Source: Deltaproteobacteria bacterium (GTDB lineage Bacteria > Desulfobacterota > JADFXK01). From it: a stretch of 47,175 nt of DNA. The translations under genes were made by a program, and so were the position numbers. The DNA lies in NCBI GenBank assembly GCA_015233055.1, contig JADFYN010000004.1, positions 2,039 to 49,213 of the forward strand, given 5' to 3'. Of the stretch, positions 41,968 to 47,175 are shown one piece after another. The notes under the pieces are model-generated. The model was not told the origin of the DNA. It ran no database searches and saw nothing but the letters and a program-made list of their open reading frames with translations. Numbering within the stretch: position 1 is the first letter of the stretch; each line of letters opens with the position of its first letter.

Positions 41968-42792
41968 CTAGTCCATTCGCCGCTGAATCAATGCTCTTCC
42001 ACACCAGATCACCTGGCCGATGATGAACAACTGATCTCGGTTCAGTTCATACGGGGGATACTCGGACCGGTTGTCACAACTGATGCGGCACCTGTCACCG
42101 GTGATAATGTCGAGTCTCTTTACCAGAATATTCTCGCCCAGACCCAGCGCGTAGATAAATCCATTAAAAATGTGTTTTGACCCGGTGTCAAGCAGAAGAT
42201 CGTCACCATCCCGAATTGTTGGTTCCATTCCGGTACCGCGGGCAGTCATCATGACCGCATGGCCGGGCCGGCTGGTTATGGTGGCCAACCATTCCCGTTG
42301 AAAGACATGGTAGCTCCCTCGGCTTTCGGACAGGATGAATGAACGGCCATCTTCGGAAAGATGCGCTTTAACCATAGGGACAGCGTAAAACAGGCTTAGA
42401 TCCGGCTCTGTGACAGGCGGTATGCGTATGCCGTCACCTGGGTCGGACTCAATTCCTGAGGTAACCGGATCATCTTGAACAGGCCATGGGGGCGTGCCCG
42501 GGTCAGTCCCATTTTCTGCCACCCCATGAATCCGAGGAGGAAGAGGCAACACCTGATCGTAACTTCCGGGGTGAGGCGGCAGGTATTTGGGTTCCTGGCC
42601 TTCGGCCAACCACAAGGGGTTCAAGTTATGGCTCCGGCAAAGCTTTAGGTACCACTCGGCCGGGATGGATTTTCTTTTCTTGGCCTCAGAAACCGTAGCC
42701 TGGCGGATGCCTAGCACGTCTGCCAACTGGCCTTGAGTTTCGGTTCCGGTCGCCGCCATGATCCGGGTTAATATTTCTTCAAAAGGGGTCAT
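41968..42792 (-). CDS. CI-type HTH / S24 (LexA-like) repressor with Ser-to-Gly at the nucleophile position
   Basis: N-terminal HTH GQLADVLGIRQATVSEAKKRKSIPAEWYLKL. A Pro-rich linker of about 70 aa. C-terminal S24 fold with GTGMEPTI in place of G-x-S-M-x-P, and VKRL retained. Confidence 0.82.
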   Translation of the reverse strand: MTPFEEILTRIMAATGTETQGQLADVLGIRQATVSEAKKRKSIPAEWYLKLCRSHNLNPLWLAEGQEPKYLPPHPGSYDQVLPLPPRIHGVAENGTDPGTPPWPVQDDPVTSGIESDPGDGIRIPPVTEPDLSLFYAVPMVKAHLSEDGRSFILSESRGSYHVFQREWLATITSRPGHAVMMTARGTGMEPTIRDGDDLLLDTGSKHIFNGFIYALGLGENILVKRLDIITGDRCRISCDNRSEYPPYELNRDQLFIIGQVIWCGRALIQRRMD

Positions 42793-42929
42793 GGGAATTC
42801 TTTCTGGATAATCTATGCAGAAAAATAAAATATACGTAAAATATAATTCCCTCGTGAGTTAGCCTTAAGGGTTTTGAGTATTTTAAGCCATGACTGATTA
42901 CGCTTAACTTGTGAGAGATCAGTTATTAC

Positions 42930-42958
42930 TTGACATCATGTATCGGTTAACCTATATT
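42930..42958 (+). promoter_or_regulatory. Near-consensus sigma70 promoter (TTGACA-17-TATATT)
   Basis: Read directly. The nearest plus-strand CDS is about 525 nt downstream. Confidence 0.6.
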
Positions 42959-43269
42959 AGTTCAACAAAGAAACGATCGGTATATTATCCTGACCAAAAT
43001 CAAAGAGCAACCGTTGGAGCCAAAGATTATTAACCGAGGACTTTATTTTCCGGATACGAGCTTAACTATTGATATAGGGCAGCCGCTTCAATGTCCGGAC
43101 TCGACGAGAGTGGCCCAGGCCGATTATGCACTTCTAATTTATGGCCGTTCAACATTTAAGTCAAGCAAAATACTAAGATGTTACATTAGATTAAACTAGT
43201 TTCGCCCCAAAAGGAGACAGAGAAAGGGGAGTTATGCTGCATGGAACACCCCTGACAAGAAAATCAGGA

Positions 43270-43301
43270 TTTTCGATCCCCAAAAATCAGGTTCTGCCCG
43301 A
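43270..43301. repeat. Direct repeat AAAATCAGG x2 (23-nt spacing) upstream of the LuxR-type regulator
   Basis: Identical 9-mers at 43270-43278 and 43293-43301. Confidence 0.5.
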
Positions 43302-43483
43302 TTGATAAAGATTTTTGAATGGGTTAGACTAATCGTGTCAGAGAGTGGTGTCTGTCGCAAATTTCTTATAAGGGGATTTTTTAAAGGTGGCGGTTGACCT
43401 TTAACATCATGATGCCCGTCGGCTCCGCACCGCCCATTCGGTTAGCATCGGCTGATATCAAGTATCAGAAAAGGGGTTGCGAA

Positions 43484-44134
43484 TTGATTAAGATTATACT
43501 GGTTGACGATCACAAGATAATCCGTGATGGCCTTAAGTCGATGATTGACAGGCAGCCGGACATGAGAGTCATTGGCGAGACGGACTCGGGGCGAAAAGCG
43601 GTGGAACTTGCCCGGGCGATGCAACCGGATATAGCCATAATGGATATTGCTATGCCCGATCTGAACGGGATCGAAGCAACTCAGCAAATCATTAAAGAAT
43701 CCAGTGCCATTAAGGTAATTGCTTTGTCTATGCACAGCGATGCCCGCTTTGTGGCTCGGATGCTGGCCGCCGGCGCCTCCGGATACCTGTTAAAAGACAC
43801 TTCGTTTCAAGAATTAATCGTCGCCATCCATCAGATTGCCCAGGGGCGGATCCATTTGAGCCAGGCCATCACCGACACGGTCATAAAAGATTACGTCCGG
43901 CGGGTCTCCGTTCGTGATAAAAGTCCCGTATCCTCCCTGACATCGCGTGAGCGAGAGGTCTTACAACTTGTGGCTGAAGGTAAGACGACCAGGGAAATAG
44001 CCGTCTTGCTCGGGGTAAGCATAAAGACGATCGAGACCCATCGACGCCGAATTATGGAAAAATTGAATATCGATAATGTGGCAGACCTGACCAAGTATGC
44101 TATCATAGAGGGGTTGACCTCTGTTGATACCTGA
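43484..44134 (+). CDS. NarL/FixJ (LuxR-type) two-component response regulator, no kinase adjacent
   Basis: REC (ILVDDH, IAIMDIAMPDLNG, KVIALS) plus a LuxR HTH (LTSREREVLQLVAEGKTTREIAVLLGVSIKTIETHR). The TTG at 43484 follows AAAGGGG. The 30 upstream codons of the track ORF are non-homologous. Confidence 0.88.
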   Translation: MIKIILVDDHKIIRDGLKSMIDRQPDMRVIGETDSGRKAVELARAMQPDIAIMDIAMPDLNGIEATQQIIKESSAIKVIALSMHSDARFVARMLAAGASGYLLKDTSFQELIVAIHQIAQGRIHLSQAITDTVIKDYVRRVSVRDKSPVSSLTSREREVLQLVAEGKTTREIAVLLGVSIKTIETHRRRIMEKLNIDNVADLTKYAIIEGLTSVDT

Positions 44135-44176
44135 ACAGCAACCCCAATTAGACGTTTTAATATAAATGCCATCTAT

Positions 44177-44286
44177 AGAGGATGTAGAGGTTCAGCGGCG
44201 GGTATGGCTGGTTATCTTATTGTCAACATGATGAGATAACTTGCTATTTCCAACTTCTGAGAAGTTTCTGCGTCCTCTTTTTTTTT
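44177..44286 (+). terminator. Composite structured 3' element ending in T9 (terminator or small RNA)
   Basis: The closing helix pairs AGAGGATG (44177-84) with CGTCCTCT (44271-78). Inner hairpins are GTTATCT/AGATAAC (44211-17/44234-40) and AACTTC-tga-GAAGTT (44252-66). A T-run spans 44278-44286. Confidence 0.45.
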
Positions 44287-44398
44287 GTGGCTTGTTCCGT
44301 GCGAGGCAGTTATCGGCTTTTGCCGATACCCCAAACAGTATGTCCACGGCCGGCAATGGGCAATCTCACCGGGCAAGCAACTTTTATTATTCAATCAG

Positions 44399-44427
44399 TT
44401 GACTTTGTTGTCAAGGTGTCATATAAT
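44399..44427 (+). promoter_or_regulatory. Consensus sigma70 promoter (TTGACT-17-TATAAT) with a palindrome over the -35
   Basis: Read directly. TTGAC-tttgtt-GTCAA overlaps the -35. It lies about 195 nt upstream of the ClpX-like ORF. Confidence 0.65.
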
Positions 44428-44622
44428 CAAAAGAAATTCCACCCGCTGGTCCTTAATCAAGTCGATCCGCCGACCTGGGGTGCTTCTTAACCTATATAGA
44501 CTACTTCATTTTTCCGTGTTCAGGCTGATCTGGACGTTCTTATTTTAATGATGCCGGCTTAAAATTATGTCTTTCGTTAGACCACGCTCTTCGCCGATCA
44601 GTAAACGTAAGTCCGTCGGCCA

Positions 44623-46299
44623 TTGAGTTATGTCGGAGAGAATACCGAGCAAGTAACTGACCGCCGCCACAGGATTTCCCATCAGATGAAAGTGACCATC
44701 CCCAAAGAAGAAATTGAACGGCTCATGCGCCTCTATGGGTGCAATGAAAATCAGGCGGCTAAGGCCTATCTTGACGCCATTGAAGTATCTAAGAACGCTC
44801 TTGAGGAGGAATTGTCAAGGCAACTGGGCCGAAGAAAAGGCCTGGAGGGACGGTCTATTTCCTTGCTGACACCTCATCAGATTAAGGAACATCTGGATAA
44901 GTACGTAATCAGTCAAGAGGAGTACAAAAAGAGACTGTCCATCGCCGCGGCTTTCCATTTTGCCATTCTTAAATGTTTAGAAGAACATCCGCAGGACAGC
45001 GGCGTTAAGCGTTTTAGAAAAAAAAATACGATCATCGCTGGTCCGTCGGGTAGTGGGAAGACCTATTGCGCCGAGGTCCTCGGTGATCTCTTAGAAGTGC
45101 CCACCCTGATCGTTGATGCCACTGATTACACCGAAGCCGGATATGTGGGCAAGAGCGCCGATGATATGGTCCGGGAATTGATCGATATGGCCCCTGGCGC
45201 CACCAGGCAAGAAAAAGCCATGTTTATCAACACGTATGGCGGGATCATTTTTATCGATGAAATTGATAAGAAGGCTAAAGACGGTCACCTCATCGGGCAT
45301 GACATCTCTCGGGAAGGATTTCAGCGGGCGGTCCTCAAGCTGATTGAGCGAAAGTACGTGTCGATTGATAACCCTCTCTCGCCATCTTCTCAAATTCAAG
45401 AAGTTATGGATCGCCAGCGAGGAATTTCAGGAAAACAACAAGAGCACATGATCAGCACGGAAAAGATCTTGTTTGTCGTGGGCGGATCTTTTCAAAGACA
45501 GCATGACGACCTGGAGACCATTGTCAAAGAAAGACTCAAACATCAGACGGGGCGGATCCGAGAGGATGGAAGCTTTGTGGTTGTTGGGTTTGGGTCTGAT
45601 AATGCCTGGGAGAAGAGCCAGACGATGTGGAATTATTATAAAGAAGCCGATGCCGACGACTACATTCGGTTCGGCTTGATCCCGGAATTGGTTGGCCGGA
45701 TTCCCATTCGAAGCCATGTTAATTTGTTGTCTAAGAATGATCTCGTCCGGATTATGCTGAATACGGAAGATTCCATAATCCATCAGTACATCGAAGAGTT
45801 TAAGTCCTTCGGGATTGATATTACTTTTGATGATTCGGCCATAGAATATGTGGCGGAATTGGCCGAGAACAAAAAAACCGGGGCCAGGGCCCTGGTGAGC
45901 GTCTGGGAAAGCATTTTTACGGAGTTTCAATTTGAGCTGCCCGGTTCCAACTTTAAGGAATTGACGGTGACCAAAGAACTGTGTCAAATGCCTAAGGATG
46001 CCTTACTCAGGATGCTCAAACGCTCTCCATTTGTAGATTTTGTAGAAGGTTTCAAGCATGAATACGGTATCGAGTTGATCATGGGTGAGGAAGTTCAGCG
46101 CTATGTAGAAGACTACGCGGCGAGGAACATGATTCAAGTGTCAGACGCCTTAAAGCAATTGCTGAAGGGAGGATCATCACTTAATTACATGAATATTAAA
46201 GGGAAGTTTGAAATAACCCAAGAGGTGCTTGATGATCCGAAATATTTTGACCGGCTCTTTACCGAATGGTATCAAAAAATGAATACGGAGATCAAATGA
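44623..46299 (+). CDS. ClpX-like AAA+ unfoldase paralogue lacking the zinc-finger N-domain
   Basis: Walker A GPSGSGKT, pore loop GYVG, Walker B IIFIDEIDK, GLIPELVGRIP and TGARAL. The start codon is uncertain (TTG at 44623 or ATG at 44686, neither with a clear SD). Confidence 0.85.
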   Translation: MSYVGENTEQVTDRRHRISHQMKVTIPKEEIERLMRLYGCNENQAAKAYLDAIEVSKNALEEELSRQLGRRKGLEGRSISLLTPHQIKEHLDKYVISQEEYKKRLSIAAAFHFAILKCLEEHPQDSGVKRFRKKNTIIAGPSGSGKTYCAEVLGDLLEVPTLIVDATDYTEAGYVGKSADDMVRELIDMAPGATRQEKAMFINTYGGIIFIDEIDKKAKDGHLIGHDISREGFQRAVLKLIERKYVSIDNPLSPSSQIQEVMDRQRGISGKQQEHMISTEKILFVVGGSFQRQHDDLETIVKERLKHQTGRIREDGSFVVVGFGSDNAWEKSQTMWNYYKEADADDYIRFGLIPELVGRIPIRSHVNLLSKNDLVRIMLNTEDSIIHQYIEEFKSFGIDITFDDSAIEYVAELAENKKTGARALVSVWESIFTEFQFELPGSNFKELTVTKELCQMPKDALLRMLKRSPFVDFVEGFKHEYGIELIMGEEVQRYVEDYAARNMIQVSDALKQLLKGGSSLNYMNIKGKFEITQEVLDDPKYFDRLFTEWYQKMNTEIK

Positions 46300-46301
46300 A
46301 T

Positions 46302-46330
46302 TTGACTTTTGCGAAAGGTTGGGATATAAT
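46302..46330 (+). promoter_or_regulatory. Consensus sigma70 promoter (TTGACT-17-TATAAT)
   Basis: Read directly. It starts 3 nt after the ClpX-like stop, about 140 nt upstream of the lipoprotein ATG. Confidence 0.65.
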
Positions 46331-46471
46331 TGTCGCCTAATTAAGAGGTTAATAGATTTAATCAAGCGGTTACTTGGGGTTAAATCAAGATTTTGTTTTT
46401 TTTAGAATTGCAAATTGTTTTGGGGGGTTAACTTTATCATCAAACGTAGCCAACGAAAGGAGAAAAGAATT

Positions 46472-47175
46472 ATGCAAAACAAATCCCATCTGCGACGTAT
46501 TTTCCTGTTCATGGCGTTGGTCTTGGCCATATCTTTTGTGGCCGGCTGCGCCTATTACCCGATCAAGGAAATTGCAGACGCTAGAAGAGCCAGGGATGCG
46601 GCCATCACCGCCGGTGCCGACAAGAAGTGCCCAGAAGTTTTCGGCGAGGGCATGAGCCTGTTGCACCAGTCCTACAAGGTCTACATGGCCTGCAACACCA
46701 AAGAAGCCCGGAAGATCGCTATTGACGCTCAAACGGCTTTTGAGCTGTCGATGAAGAGCCCATGCAAGCCGCAACCCCAAGCCGCCGCGGGGCCCAAAGC
46801 TGCCTTTACAGGACCAGATAAGGCCAAAGTAAACCAGGCGGTGACTTTCGACGCCTCACCTTCCATGAGTTCCGATGGCGGCCCGTTGGCCTATTTCTGG
46901 AACTTGGGTGATGGGACTACAGCTCAAGATAAGATCGTTACTCATAAGTACTCTCAAAAGGGCAGATATACGGTTACCCTGGTTGTCAAAGACGAAAAGG
47001 GTGCTACCGATACCGCCTCCAAGTCCATTGATATCCTGCCTGGAACTGAAATGTGGACCATCTTGTTTGATTTTGACCGGTCAGTAGTCAAGGCCCCGGC
47101 CAGAAAGGTTCTCGATGCGATTGCCGAACTCATGAAGGCTAATCCCGACATGCATCTCGTTATTGCCGGCAAAAC
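46472..47175 (+). CDS. Lipoprotein with helical N-region, PKD domain and OmpA-like C-terminal domain (3' partial, runs off window)
   Basis: Not in the ORF track because no stop falls in the window. Hand translation: MQNKSHLRRIFLFMALVLAISFVAGC (lipobox)... VTFDASPS..YFWNLGDGTT..YTVTLVVKDEKG (PKD)... ILFDFDRSVVKAPARKVLDAIAELMKANPDMHLVIAG (OmpA_C start). AAAGGAG RBS. Confidence 0.85.
   Translation, partial: MQNKSHLRRIFLFMALVLAISFVAGCAYYPIKEIADARRARDAAITAGADKKCPEVFGEGMSLLHQSYKVYMACNTKEARKIAIDAQTAFELSMKSPCKPQPQAAAGPKAAFTGPDKAKVNQAVTFDASPSMSSDGGPLAYFWNLGDGTTAQDKIVTHKYSQKGRYTVTLVVKDEKGATDTASKSIDILPGTEMWTILFDFDRSVVKAPARKVLDAIAELMKANPDMHLVIAGK

Noticed and set aside
41530-42004. Track ORFs 41530..41799(-) and 41801..42004(-).
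   Set aside because: They lie in the leader or overlap the ends of the real genes. They have no RBS or homology, and their composition is unlike that of the neighbouring coding genes.
43014-43199. A 61-aa TTG-initiated ORF in the repressor/LuxR spacer.
   Set aside because: It has no RBS, no recognisable motif and a low-complexity, atypical composition. It is treated as part of a non-coding leader.
43244-43315. A 23-aa ORF (MLHGTPLTRKSGFSIPKNQVLPD) spanning the AAAATCAGG repeats.
   Set aside because: The SD spacing is wrong: GGGGAG is 2 nt and AAGGAG 18 nt from the ATG. There is no supporting signal. It remains only a Ribo-seq question.
41968-44134. A prophage or mobile-element remnant, inferred from the CI-type repressor.
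   Set aside because: No integrase, excisionase, Cro/antirepressor, structural phage genes, att-like repeats or tRNA are present in the window. The repressor is more likely a domesticated chromosomal regulator.
46374-47172. Track ORFs 46374..46655(+), 46385..46780(-), 46875..47087(+) and 46954..47172(-).
   Set aside because: All overlap the well-supported lipoprotein frame that starts at 46472 (RBS, lipobox, PKD and OmpA motifs). They are frame shadows.

Overview
The window is mostly conserved chromosomal housekeeping DNA from a Gram-negative bacterium. Gene content and order look most like Desulfobacterota (deltaproteobacteria), but that is an inference from synteny, not a search result. The blocks, left to right:

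- (1) A complete chemotaxis operon: cheA-cheW-mcp-cheB-cheR.
- (2) On the minus strand: gmd, a solitary MNT-type nucleotidyltransferase, polA, an NHL-repeat lipoprotein, and the classical origin-proximal cluster rsmG-mnmE-jag-yidC-yidD-rnpA-rpmH. rpmH is not in the ORF track and was translated by hand.
- (3) The elongasome operon mreBCD-mrdA-rodA plus a bactofilin.
- (4) An F1Fo operon b'-b-delta-alpha-gamma-beta-epsilon without a/c/I, then a terminator and a GlmU-like gene carrying only the uridyltransferase domain.
- (5) zapB-like, zapA, a hand-folded ~178-nt 6S RNA candidate, ~0.5 kb of unexplained non-coding DNA, then rny.
- (6) A FAD oxidoreductase, a HIT protein, a YcgR-like PilZ protein, a GT4 glycosyltransferase and a DHH/DHHA1 phosphoesterase.
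- (7) An AT-richer, promoter-dense right end holding an orphan cheW-REC pair, a CI-type/S24 repressor whose catalytic Ser is Gly, an orphan NarL/LuxR response regulator, a zinc-finger-less ClpX paralogue with unusual N- and C-terminal extensions, and a PKD/OmpA lipoprotein that runs off the window.

No CRISPR array, tRNA, rRNA, transposase or integrase was seen. The most interesting candidates are the ClpX-paralogue locus at 41.9-47.2 kb, the non-catalytic-site substitutions in AtpA, and the non-coding stretch around the 6S RNA candidate. I found no clear-cut, self-evident new system. All functional calls rest on motif recognition by eye.
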